From contig JBOZIK010000001.1 in NCBI GenBank assembly GCA_051453625.1, positions 1,689,449 through 1,753,448 on the forward strand: a DNA stretch of 64,000 bases, in the 5' to 3' direction. The first letter of the stretch is position 1; every line of letters starts with the position of its first letter. This DNA is from Welwitschia mirabilis. Taxonomy: Eukaryota. Below the pieces are notes generated by a model, which was not told the DNA's origin, searched no databases, and was given only the letters and a program-made list of their open reading frames with translations. A program made the translations under genes and the position numbers. Shown piece by piece: positions 11,700-25,619 of this stretch.

Positions 11700-14600
11700 T
11701 ATAAAGATAGTGGAATAAAAATTTAAGGGAAAAAAAGAAATAAAATCTTGTGACTAAGCAATACATCATCATAATCAAAGGTAAAGTCTTTAAAAGTAAT
11801 AAGATAACTTTGAAACTAATAAAATAATTTTAAACATTCTTTTCTATAAGATCTTTAAGAGGTATACACTTACTTCCATATTTTTTGCTTTATCCATTAG
11901 CTGTAAACTGTGTCGGTATTAGCGTGGAGGTCTGAATAAAAATGATACACTATGAAAAAAAAACTAGATTTTGACAAGACACCTATAAAACTAAACAAGA
12001 TCGATTATCAATGCTTTACTAGCTAGCGAATATAATTAACCTTTAACTAAATTTTTATTACCTAGTGTGGATTTGAAAAGTAGTAATTTGGAAAATTATA
12101 GATCTAAATGTTAAATCTAGAAAAATAGAGTTACTAATTGTGTGAAAAATATGATTTGCAATGGTATTTCTAGATTGCATGAAGAATGTAAAGTCTAAAA
12201 TACTTCTAGATGAATAAATAGTATCTTTAAATTTTTCTTAGATATACAAGAAGAACATGGTTTTAGCTTAAATGAAGTCCTAGAAAAGTATAAAAGCCCA
12301 CATACAAGAGTTTTGAGCCATAAAGTTATCAATAAAGTAATGCAAAAAACTATCTTTAGTATTACAAAAAGAACATATAGTAGATACAAATCCTAAATGG
12401 ATAATTCTTTTATCAACATGTAGACCCTGATGAAAGAGATACTACAAAATGTATTGTCATTTTGGTAAGGTAGGTAACTTTTTGATGCTTTTATATCTTA
12501 GTGTCCATTGAATCTTTAAGGTATATCATACTTTATCATAATGGTTCTTAATGGATATGTCTTCCAAAATCATATGATAAGATTTATTCACTTTGTAAAG
12601 ATGTAAAGGCTTATTATTTTTTCATTGTATTGGGTTTATAGGTAAAACATAAATATCTTGAACATGAATTACATTGAAAATTTAAGAAATAATCCTTATA
12701 TTTTTTATGGGGTTTTTTTTAGTATCATATGAGCGATCATAGAGCTCCTAGAAGGTTTCCCATAAAGTTCGTTGATTATCAAATAAACACATGAAAGAGA
12801 GACCATTTTCTTGTTAACTCTATGAGCTATCAATTAAGGTATTAAATAAGTAACTGAAGTTCCGTTAATAGTAACCATCAAGGGAGTACTTCTGATAACA
12901 TAAAAAAAGGGATAATAAATTATTCCAAATAATATTTTTATAAGTCATTTCTCATGTAATCCAAACTCTTTTTAGGGTGATCAATTTTTAAATGTTATCA
13001 TCTATTTTAGACATAAATGACTTAATAGGATGGAAACCTTCCTGGCTTGCTTTATTCTTTAAATAAGAAGTTTTTAATCAATCAAATACTAAGTTATAAT
13101 ACCATCTTGTGAAGTTAAAATAATCAACTAATACTTATCATAGGGAGAAACTCTCTATAGGAACCAGTTAAAAATACCCAACCCTCCTTTTTCTTAGGTA
13201 AGTAACAAATCCTTTATGCAACTCTATGAAATCCTTTCCTATCATTATTACCTGACCACATAAAATCATGAAATAATTTCAATTTACTTAGAATAGTTAT
13301 AAGTAGTAAAAGCCTAAAAAGATATATATTAGATATATGTATTAAACAAAATACTTTTACACATTAAGCATTTCTTAGCCATTGTAACTTTTTTTAGCTT
13401 TCCATTTATCTATCTTAGAAGTTAATATATTGATAGTAAACTCAAATAACTACTTAGAGATTTCACAAAATGAAAATCTTGTTTTGAATAATTTTAATTA
13501 CAATACAATCTTTCATGATTTAGAAAGAAGAAATACATAATTTTTTAAAGGGTAAATACTGAAGGTCCTTCTCAATTAATCTTAAAAATAAAAGAGAAAA
13601 TTAAAGAGAGTAACTAATTAATTACAACTAGATAATTCTTAATCAACAAGGAGAAGTCATCTACAGAGTTAACATTGACAAGATGCTTTAGATTTTTAGT
13701 AATCAAAATACCATGAATAATAAGTTTCTACTTATCATTCAAGCATGATATAAAAAAATTATTACAATGATAAAAAGGTAGGAACCCAAGGGACATCTCT
13801 ATCTTATAGATATTTTAATAGAAAAGGTAAAACTAATACCTCTTGTAGTGCTAAAACAAGCATTTACATCCTTGTACAAATAATCAACCATATGAATGAT
13901 AACCTTCTTAAATCCTAGATTTTTCATGCAAGCTAAGATACAATTTCATGTGATTCTATAATAAGCTTTTACATAACCAAGTTAAGAAAGATAATAGATT
14001 GATTAATATCCCTTTCTCATAATAAACCTTCCCAAATAGATACAACATTATTAAGAATATATCCACCTTTAACAAAATTGTCTCCTCAATACAAATAATA
14101 TTAGGTATGATAGTTTTTAACTTGTTAGTTAACTTCTTAGCTAAATATTTAGTAAAACTTTGTAAGAAACATTAAATTAAGCAATTAATCTTCAATTAAA
14201 AATAGAATGCAATTTACTTAGTTTTAATAAAAGTGAATGACATAACAATTAAGTTTTGGACCTAAGCTACCTTTAGGTAAGACTTCCTAAAATACCTTAA
14301 AGTGATCTTTTCCAATAATATCCTGATGCTTTTTTATAAAATTATATAGAAAAAACATTCATTCCTGGGGTTATCATTAGACGTTTTAAAATAAGTTGAT
14401 TTTAATGCATCTTTCATAATATCATTCTTCTAAATTTCATGATAGACTTTGAAAATTTTTTAGGAAATGAAGTTAGTGTTTTAATCAAAGAGATACCGAT
14501 GAAAACCATCTAACTTGAAGACCATAGTAAAATGCCTTACAAAACAATCAGAATGTCTTAAGGATTAAAATCTAAACTAACATTAAACTAAAGTTTAATT

Positions 14601-16570
14601 TGTCTTTGTGAGAAGAACTAAAACATCTATTAAGGAACTTAAAAATTTTTTTTAGAACTAGTGTCTTAAATGATAAAATTCCAAGCCAAGGTATTCTCTT
14701 CTTAATATAAACACTTTTACCCAAATAGAATTATATTAAAATACTTTTTATTTTTTCAAAATTAATAACATATGTTGTTGAATGTTTGAATACTTCTCTT
14801 GATTTAGTCTTCTTTTGTTTACCAACATGTCTAGAGTAATTTTAGATATTCCATATAGCATGGATTTACCATGCAATCCATCTAGTATTACCACTTATAT
14901 AAGGCTTTGCATTACATGAAATATGTAAAATATTATTCACTAATTCATAATTATATGCATTTCCATGCAATTTAAAGAGAGAAAAATGGTTTTGCTTAAT
15001 CATATGTCTAAAATCAGTCTACAAACAAGTGTTATAATGATATTACTATAAAAAATTATTATACAATATAATAGAAGCATTATAGAAAGAGATAAAAGAA
15101 AAATAAAACTTATCTAGTATTAAAAAATATGACCATGACTTAATCACAAATTTGAGTAAGTATTAAAAAGTTCTTTCTAAAAGAAAGCAATAAGACTAAA
15201 CAACGAAGATTTTTTTTTTCTTGAGAAAAAATTTCTTTTAAGGAATCCATATAAAAAGAGGATACTTTCATCTTATTAAACGAATTCTCTGTCATATTAG
15301 AATCTCCACCTAAATTCCAAGAACACATGTAAACTCTAAACATAAGGTGACTCTTTCAAAAGCTTTGTTTGAAGTATAAATAAAGCTAATTTCAAAAACT
15401 CCATAAGGGGAAGGAAGAAGTATACAGTTGCAACTATTCTAAAAATCATGGCCATTTTAGATTAATTTATAGTAACAACATGAATAATGAATGATGCAAG
15501 AACCTCCTTTTCTAGTACAATGCTTTGTGGTAAACAATCACTTCACAACAAAAGTTGTTTCTTCTTTAAAGTATTTAAGTTGTGGTAATATACAATCAAA
15601 GATAGTAGACATTATTGAATAAAATTACCAAATACTTTTCTCCAAAGGCTATAAGCCCTTGCACATTCCAAGAATATATAATCATGAGCACACAAGGGGA
15701 AGTCATGCCAATGAGAGCATCATTTGAAATAAGAGTGTGTGCAATTTAGGGAACTAAAGACTTCCTAAATAAAGAAGTAATAGTTTATTTCCTTTTTTAA
15801 GTTGAATTAGATTAGATACTTTCATTTTTGGTGTTGTACCCATTTTACGGCTAGATGAAATGCTTTAACTAAAAATCAATCCTAAAGTAAAAGGAATTTG
15901 AACTTTATTCTTATGAAGTTCATCAATAATCTTGTACCATTGCAAGAGGGGACAATGGTTAAAACAAATGACCACCTCTAAAGCAATAGTTGTGGGAATT
16001 CAAAAGATTAACGTGGACAACATGTTGCTAATAGTTAATAAGGCTAGCTCTACAGAAAAAAAATTTCTTTATTTTAAACAAATATATATTGATGAAATAC
16101 TTTGTTCTAGTTTCAAGTGATAAAGAAAAGTTTTAAATATTAATAACTAGTCTAAGGAGTTTAACAATATTAGGTTGAATTTCTTAAATATAAGAGGCAA
16201 ATTTGACAACTCTTTGAAACTAAGGACACGATAGTGTTACAAAACCTTTGGCATTAAAATTTGATTTTCATTGTTGAAACTAGTACATAAGGAAATAACT
16301 CTTTCTAACATAAACCTTGCCAAAGGACTTAACTAAGTAAAACAATTCTAAGAAAAATATTTTGCATGTGAGGCTATGATGTCATAAAGTAATAAAACCA
16401 AATTAATTTATTTCAAGAAAGACATCAATCTTGAGAGAGAGCTCAAGGTTTGTAAGAAAATATATTTTGAGGAAAGATTAGTAGCATCTACATTCATCAA
16501 TCTTTATACAATTTGACTCCCTTGAGACAAGGACACTCACATTTTACATGTTTGCCTCTATAGAAGAACC
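11700..16570 (-). mobile_element. L1-type LINE, decayed (ORF1 zinc knuckle, APE endonuclease, RT)
   Basis: Minus-strand motifs in the expected order: knuckle-like HVKCECP (~16520-16570), YSWNVQGL (~15654-15677), WNLGGDSN (~15300-15325), FVKGGYILNN (~14050-14080), YVKAYYRIT* (~13950-13978), GCPLSPYLF-like RCPLGSYLFI (~13768-13800). The 3' boundary is approximate. Confidence 0.85.
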
Positions 16571-16859
16571 TCTTTGATTTGTATCACCAAATTTTATGTT
16601 TACACTAACTAAATATAAAATCAATTTTTAATCTAATCCCTCTTCAATTTATATTTATCTAATTTTTTAAAAAACATGTGTAAAACCCATACTTTTCCAC
16701 AACCCACAATTTTGCATCACCCAAATCTTCCTTATTGGCGAGATAATTATAGAATTGCTTTTTAATTTCTTTCATTATTTTAATTTTATTTAATATTTCT
16801 TTTTTTAAAAAATGAAATATAGGATAAAACTCAGACTTTTCCACAACCAACAATACTAT

Positions 16860-17464
<605 letters not shown>

Positions 17465-17810
17465 TAGGTATCGCGTACTTGATCTTCATTGATTGAAAGC
17501 ACTTTGCTTTTTCTATAGATCTAGTGTCTCAGTTTGAATTTGTGTATTCTTTCAATTAGGCCTTTCATTGAAATTGGATTCTGATATGTTTCTGGAGTGA
17601 AAATAGAATTTTGGGTTTTAGGGCAAATCATCATTTTACGGCATCTTTCAAGCTTTAGATCGTTTCATCAATAGTTGGACATAATTCGCTCTATTCAATT
17701 TTCATTGTGATCCATCTGATTTGCCCTGCTTCATGCCTTCTTTGACTTAATTGTATGTCGTTTTATATTTTGTAACTGCTAATTCTTTTTGTCCGACATG
17801 GAATTATTGA

Positions 17811-18020
<210 letters not shown>

Positions 18021-18214
18021 TAAGCATCGTTTTTTGGAGTGAAAGTATCTGAATTGGCTTATGGTCTTGCTGACCCCTATTTTGGACGTAACCTAGTGCT
18101 CATCGGGCACTGATGGGTCAAATTCTTTTGTTTTGCAATAGTTTTCAAATAAAGTCTATAGTTTTATTTCCTCGTTTCCAATTTATTATGTTTTGTTGTG
18201 TGTACTTATTCTAA

Positions 18215-18349
<135 letters not shown>

Positions 18350-18753
18350 TGATGTCCATTCTGATTTTGAAGATGCATTGAATTATTTTCCTGATAGCTA
18401 GAAACAGATAGTCTTGCTCCATCATCCTTTGACATCAACACTGTAAACCATCTCTACGTTAATGGTGTAGGGAAGATAGATTTCCATTGGTTTTGATTGT
18501 TGTGATATTAGGTTCATTAGTTATTCTTATATCCAGAGAAATTCACATTAGCTTTTAATTTTTTCACAAGTCACACCGAATTCTCTGAATCTTAATGTAT
18601 TTGCTAATCAGTACAATATTTATTCAAATCTCAAAGATGTCTGTGCCCCTATCTCAACATGGAACAGTGCAATTAAAATAACTAACAAATACTAGTTTCT
18701 AAGATATATGTAATGTTCATTAGGGAACATTAGGCATGAGATATGGACAATGA

Positions 18754-18924
<171 letters not shown>

Positions 18925-19137
18925 TAAACTGATGGTTGTTTTGTTTCTCAGATAGTATTTATTTTTTATCTTTTCAAGATTTCGAAAGTGATGATCACTG
19001 TGTCATTGAATATGTTTGAAAGCTTTGGGGGAAACAATGGTCTCTAGTTAATGTCTTGAAGCATGCTCTTCATTATGCAAATGAAAGATAAGATGTTTTT
19101 AAATTGTATCCTTAATGACCTTTTTAACATGTTTCAG

Positions 19138-19228
19138 ACAAGTTTCATATGAGGAAGGTGATGCCAAATCTCGGGAACTGCAAGTAATGTTCATTGAAAC
19201 TAGTGCAAAGGCTGGATTCAATATTAAG
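19138..19228 (+). CDS. RABH1: RabH1/Rab6 exon 5
   Basis: tttcag| [30 protein letters not shown] |gtttga; G5 ETSAK. Confidence 0.97.
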
Positions 19229-19244
19229 GTTTGAGCTTTTGTCC

Positions 19245-19300
19245 TTTTATGGTTTCTAGTTGTGCCACCATATTTTATGGTTTCTAGTTGTGCCACCATA
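19245..19300. repeat. Perfect 28-bp tandem duplication in intron 5
   Basis: ttttatggtttctagttgtgccaccata occurs twice in a row. Confidence 0.9.
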
Positions 19301-21589
19301 GTATCTCTTTAGTGTTCGTGACAATCCAAAAATACTCTGGGAATGTGGCAGTGCCTGCAGATTAGCTTGGAGTTTGATTTGTACAGTCAAATCATAGGGC
19401 TTTGAGTATTTATAATGAATTAGAACACAAATCAATATATACAAAGAATTCCTCATAATACTAGACAAAAACAAATATGTATTTGTCATGTTCAATAACA
19501 ATTGGGAATTGATGATGGTTCATGTAGTGGAGATTAATGGGATGTTTAGGCATTGAAAGTGGCTGTCCTTAACAAAAGAGTGGACCTTTAACAAAAGAAT
19601 GGACCCTTTGTGACATTGTTTTAAGGTTCAAAACAGGCCCTTAGGCACCACTTAGAAGATGCATACAAATAAGTTGAACGTATTGACGACTTGATCACTA
19701 CTCATATATGTATAGGTTCTCTAGGATTCATGTCAAGGGTAAAGGGAAGGGATTTCTATTTTTGATTTCTTTTGGCATCAAGATTTAGGACAGGATTCAA
19801 GAGTCACAGAAGTCTTAGGTTGGGGATTGCATGGGCTACATGCTGGGATGTATCCCAACCTGGTTGCATCATTATCTTACATGACTTCCTAGTGGTGCCA
19901 AGAATTCTTAGTATATGGCTAATATCTCATCTTGCATTATCTTAATCTTGAGTTTCTGTAAATGACTCAATTTGATCTATCTGGCATTGTTTGGATCATT
20001 GAAGTTCTAGTCATCTAAGTCTAGAGTATATTTGTACCTATGTTTTCGCCAATTAATTTGCAATTAATTGATTATACTTACATGTTGTTAATGTGTTACC
20101 TGGATCCAAAGCTCAAGTCTTGGATGTCATCCTTTCTGCCAATCTGAAGCTATTCCATTTCTTAGTAAAGAAATCATCTTAATCTGAGCTCATTTTCTGG
20201 TTTGATTATACTAGGTTTTGCATCCTGTTATGAAGTTCTTACTCTTCTCTTGAATCATCGCTTTTCTGTAAGCTTTTTTATGTTCTAGTAGCAACAGAAC
20301 TCTTCCATCTTTGGCCATTTCTTTAAGGATTATTGAATTGACTACATGGTTTGAAATTGTATATCTTCCTTTTTTTTNNNNNNNNNNNNNNNNNNNNNNN
20401 NNNNNNNNNNNNNNNNNNNNNNNNNNNNNNNNNNNNNNNNNNNNNNNNNNNNNNNNNNNNNNNNNNNNNNNNNNNNNCATGGTTTGAAATTGTATATCTT
20501 TCTTTTTTTTTTCTTTTTTAATTTTAATTTTGGGGATTTGTTTCATGCATAGTTAGATTTCTGTTTGTTTGGTTATGAAGGTAGCACACAGGGCATTCAT
20601 GAAGTGTTTCTTTATCTTGGTTTTTAATTGTCAGTCCAAGCTTTTTAATAGTAATGTCTGGTTCATCGTTGCTGAGTCATTTAAGATGTAGGTCATCTTT
20701 TTTGAGTGCCTTCCTTGAGTAGCGTTTCCCTAAGGGGCACCTTGAGGTTATTTGGTTATATTTTTGATGCCAAAATTGCTAATGGAAGCAAGGGTGCATT
20801 GTCCTTGGAAAATCTGAGAACTGAAAAAGAAGTAATGGAACCGACTAAACACATGTTAACAGTTGAAATATAACAAAGTACTCTGGTTGCACTTTTACCT
20901 CTCTTAACTAGCTGGTACATCAATTAAACTTCAGCCCTGAAGCTGCCTTGCATGTACACCACAATTTCATTAACAAATAAACTGTAACAATTTTAGAATC
21001 AGACTTGGCCTACCATAAATGAGCAATTTGGTAACCCAATTCTCAGCTAGTTAGGTCGTCCACAGAAGCAGCATTATTTCCCTTTTCAATGAGAAAGTTA
21101 CCAAGCCATTAGCCAGGGAAAAGTGTCTTCTAAAGCATCCTATACTGCCATCTGCACTCAGCTGCGTGTTGGTGTTCACTTAGTATTACTTGCGTCATCT
21201 ATCAGTTCATGTTTTCTGTTCAAAAGTTTCCATTTTTCCCCTACTAGATCTCATTGTTTTGTTACCAGAATACATAAATTTTGGCAATGACCTTGCATTC
21301 AATATTCAGAGTAAAGATTTGAAGACTTCATAGTCTATATTCCCCTTTCACCTCACCTTCCCACTGTCTTTATATTGAAAATGAGACTACTTCGAGTTGA
21401 TATAGATTCTCTTTCCATCCATTGACAGTAGAAAAGAGTAGGCTCTGTTTAGCTTTTAAAGATGTAGACTACCATTGTCCCTATTTAGTCATTGGACATG
21501 CCCTTGCAAAGGAACAACGCCACCTTGTCAAACATTTCAGTACACATAAGCACATTTAGCCTTATAAAAGCTTCATGTGTAATTCAGAC

Positions 21590-23490
21590 CTTTCATGTGT
21601 TTTAAAAACCACAAATCAACAAACAACATAACAAGCAAAAACACAAAAGAACTTAGAGATTTGATGAACTTTGGTCACTTTCTAGTATATGTGCTTAGAA
21701 AGATAGCATAAAGCTCTTACTGCCTTCAGCTACCAGGGATTACAAAGCAAAGAATGGCTGTGTCATGAAAAATTGAATACGACCCATAGTGGCTAATGTT
21801 ATTTCCCTTTTATTGTGAGACAATGTAAACCCTAAAACAAATCATATTCTTACATATTTTATTTTAGAACATTAAAATAATCCCCAATTAAGATATTTGT
21901 AACTTCGTTTTGTATCCTAATTACATTTATGCCAATGGGATGGTAATCCAATTGGTGGAACACTCCTCCTCCATTTAGGAGGAGGTGCGTTTGAAACTTT
22001 AAATGACTCGACTAGCACAACATAAGCCCTTGGGCATAAATAAATCATTCATTTAGGCAATCGTGGTGGCTGTACTGCTAAGGGGAATGTATGGGCACTA
22101 AAAGTTTCAAGTTCAACACCTCCCTTCCCCCTAAATTGCACTTACAAGACTAAAGTCATTTAATAAACAAAAGTATGATGTAAAATTGTTTTAACTTCAT
22201 GTCTTCAGTTGTATATCATGGTAGGAAATTGATGGTTTGCACCCATGTTGGATTTAGCTTGGCAATCAGCAAGGCTTACCTTCTATATGTACATTTAGCT
22301 ATCCAGTTTCTTCCCATCCATGTGCTTTATTTGAATATTATCACTATCTTTTTTGGTTAGACCCATGTTTATAATTGTAAGCTTTAAGGTCTTCGGCTTC
22401 ATTTGCAGTGTGTGTAAGTTCACTTGCAGTTCTACCTATGTATTCATGGTGCATGAGGAAAAAACTTCAACATCTTAGGTACAAGTCTTCGGCAAGACTT
22501 GGACAAATGATGGCTAGCTCCCAATCTAGCAAGGGCTAAACATATGTTTTCATTCAGCCAAGCAAACTGCCAAACCTTAAAGTTTTCTATATGCCTTGTC
22601 GAAAAAAGAAAAAAACAAAAAAAGAATAAATAAAAAAGAAAAGAAAAGAAAAATGAAAGAAAGAAGATACATAACAAATTAGATTTAATTTAAGTTTAAT
22701 CCAAGCCAACCAAGAATGTGTCTTAGCCAGATTATTTCTTTAACTTCCTTTTCAAAGCCATATACTTCACTACTACTATATACTTCATTTTCATAGCTGA
22801 AGAAGCTAAAGTAGATTGTAAACAAGACGTCAAATTGGCCACCCTACTTCCAATGTAAATTTGTATACAGAAGTAGGCTTTTTGGTATCCATGCAAGTAG
22901 CATATTTAGCATTAACACAACTGGTGGAAGTTAGGCTAGAATGACCAAAACAATAGCTACAACTAATAAAGAACAAGGTGGAACAACATTGCCACACAAA
23001 GAAAGTTCTTCTTAATAACTGATCAACTGAAAGAGAAACATCCTAACAAATGAATGGGGGTGTGCACCACCTTCTAAGGAGCATCTCTACACAAAACATG
23101 CAACATGGACCAAGCCTCCTCAAGCCAACAAACAAAAGATAGTATCAAACCAATACTAACATATATTATTTCTAAAATGCTTGTACATGCGGTCTGACAG
23201 TCAAAAAAGGCACACATAAAGCAAAATAGACACCAACAACAAAAACACTAAATGAAGTCTATACAACTCTCATTGTTGTAGGTCATGGGATTGGAAGAAC
23301 ACACTAAAAACTTAAAGTATCATAGAATCTTCTCCACAACAACAATGCCACCCTCTTCTAAAGAGTTGATCTTGTTAGAAGAGGTATTATACCTCTTAAG
23401 CTCTAGGCAATTCCTTTGCATAAATTTAGCATTTACAATGCAATCAAGAGATATCACATGCATAGGGTCTACAACATCATAAATTCAGAA
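21590..23490 (-). mobile_element. Remnant of the same gag-only Copia family inside Rab intron 5
   Basis: Knuckle remnant MQRNCLEL...EKIL* (~23320-23430) parallels HVRRNYPKL...RKILL at 7090-7180. Motif agatagtatcaaaccaatactaa (23137) is shared with 6830 and 5077. A PPT-like tract near 21879-21890 lies next to LTR-like sequence. Confidence 0.45.
21931..22145 (+). mobile_element. tRNA-derived SINE-like element, copy 3 (best preserved, intronic)
   Basis: A-box-like tggtaatccaattgg, stem-loop cctcct-ccattt-aggagg, B-box-like gtttgaaac, then a ~140-bp non-tRNA body shared with the two copies at 11.1-11.5 kb. Confidence 0.7.
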
Positions 23491-23945
23491 TAAACAATAT
23501 TTAACATTCTATTGTTCCTATTACTAGAAATCCTTTACTTGAGGCATTTTAGCTTTGTCCTTTAGGCAAAAAAGCCTTATCAATTTGGGCTATTTCAAGG
23601 TGCGCACTACTCATGTTCATACCAAGTTAGTCTATGGCCTGTATTATAGCATCCAGAATTCCCTAGCTCTTTTCATGCATGCCATTTCCAGTTCTGTGGC
23701 TCTATTTTTGGCATAAAGATATGTTTCTAGAATCATTTTTATCATATGAGTTTTGTTGCATCATTCTTCAACTATTGAACATAAAGTTGAATATTGCACT
23801 ATTATTTGATGGTGATTTAATGTACACTATGAAAGTATTTTTTATCACATGAGTTTTTACTGCACCATTCTTACAGATGCAATATTACACAAAAATGTAG
23901 GCACATTGAAGTGTTAACTCATTAGTTTTATTTTTCTTAATGTAG

Positions 23946-24089
23946 GCATTATTTCGTAAGATTGCAGCTGCATTACCTGGAATGGAAGCCTTGTCTTCAA
24001 CTCGACAAGAGGATATGGTTGATGTCAATTTGAGAACTACTAGTGCAACCAAGCAGACAGAGAACAAACCAGGAGGTTGCTTTTGCTAA
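23946..24089 (+). CDS. RABH1: RabH1/Rab6 exon 6 (final; stop included)
   Basis: atgtag| ALFRKIAAALPGMEALSSTRQEDMVDVNLRTTSATKQTENKPGGCFC*; CXC prenylation motif. The six exons sum to 624 nt (207 aa plus stop) with no frameshift. Confidence 0.97.
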   Translation, partial: ALFRKIAAALPGMEALSSTRQEDMVDVNLRTTSATKQTENKPGGCFC

Positions 24090-24313
24090 TTGGAAAAACT
24101 TACGAGAGTCGTTTTGGCCATGACATTCTTTTTATGCTTCTGTTCCTGATGTAAAAGAAGTTAGACACACAAGTTTCTTTGAAATTCGTTGAACATAACT
24201 TAGTATCAAGGTATTATTATTTTCTCCCTAGAATTGGTATGTATTGGGAGACAAGATTTTGGGAGGGTACTACTTCTTTTTGATTTTAAATGAGTCATGC
24301 CAATAGGAAGATG

Positions 24314-25225
24314 CATTGCATGTTAAATCTTCATTTACATGATTGACAAGAAATATTTTTTACTTACATTCAAGCTAATCATGTCTATTATCTATCTTTG
24401 TTGAATCTGATACCCTTGTGCTTGTTCCTTGAAGCTCAATGATATAAGAACCTGTAAATGTTAAAACAAGATTAGGTTATGGATCTTTTATTTACACAAT
24501 TCTACACATTTTGTGGGTGTGCCATTCTTTGAAAGAACTTTGCCCAAAACGTTACAAATGTTTCAGTGGTTATGCCTAAATATTAAGTTGTTTGAATGAC
24601 CATAAGCACATCTAAACATCATATGCAATTCAGAANNNNNNNNNNNNNNNNNNNNNNNNNNNNNNNNNNNNNNNNNNNNNNNNNNNNNNNNNNNNNNNNN
24701 NNNNNNNNNNNNNNNNNNNNNNNNNNNNNNNNNNNNNNNNNNNNNNNNNNNNNNNNNNNNNNNNNNNNNNNNNNNNNNNNNNNNNNNNNNNNNNNNNNNN
24801 NNNNNNNNNNNNNNNNNNNNNNNNNNNNNNNNNNNNNNNNNNNNNNNNNNNNNNNNNNNNNNNNNNNNNNNNNNNNNNNNNNNNNNNNNCATTGCATGTT
24901 GAATCTTCATTTACATGATTGGCAAGAAATATTTTATCATAAATACCATTTACTTGTATTCAAGTTAATCATGCCTATTTTGTGTCTTTGTTGAATCTGA
25001 TACCTTTGTGCTTGTTCCTTGAGGCTCAATGATACGAGAACCTGCAAATGCTGAAACAAGATTAGGTTGTGGATCTTTTTTATTTACACAATTCTACACA
25101 TTTTGTGGGTATGTCATTCTTTGAAAGAACTTTACCCAAAACGTCACAATTGTTTGTGGTTATGCTTAAATATCAACTTGTTTGCATGACCCTAAGCACA
25201 TCTGAATATCATACACAATTTGAAA
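24314..25225 (+). repeat. Diverged direct duplication of the Rab 3' flank (24314-24635 versus 24890-25225)
   Basis: Co-linear copies on either side of a 254-N gap, with many substitutions and a ~13-bp indel. Confidence 0.85.
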
Positions 25226-25619
25226 GTGTTTAATAGATAAAACCAAAACCAAAACTTATTTTGGATGGCATTGGAAAAATTAAAAATATGATATCATTTG
25301 GACATAAAGAGATAAATTATTTTTGCAGTTCCAAAAATGTTCCGAGGTTATGCATAGGATTGAAACATAATTATATTTTGAAGCTCTCCATCACATGATT
25401 GATTTTCTTTTCTTAATTTTTTATGTGGTACCTAATGGCTAGTTAAGCTGAATTGTTTGCAATCTATCTGAAAATTACAAAATGTTGATGTTTGTTTAAT
25501 AAAATAGAGAAATATGTGACTTGACAGAAGAAAAGTGTTTTAACACCATATGAGAGATACCTGTTAGCAGTGGAAAACATCTTTTATAATCATCCTATAT
25601 TATCCAGTATTGAGAAACA

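Noticed and set aside
21931..22005. Possible tRNA gene
   Set aside because: No proper acceptor stem or canonical T-loop, and homology with the other copies extends ~140 bp beyond the tRNA-like head, which indicates a SINE.
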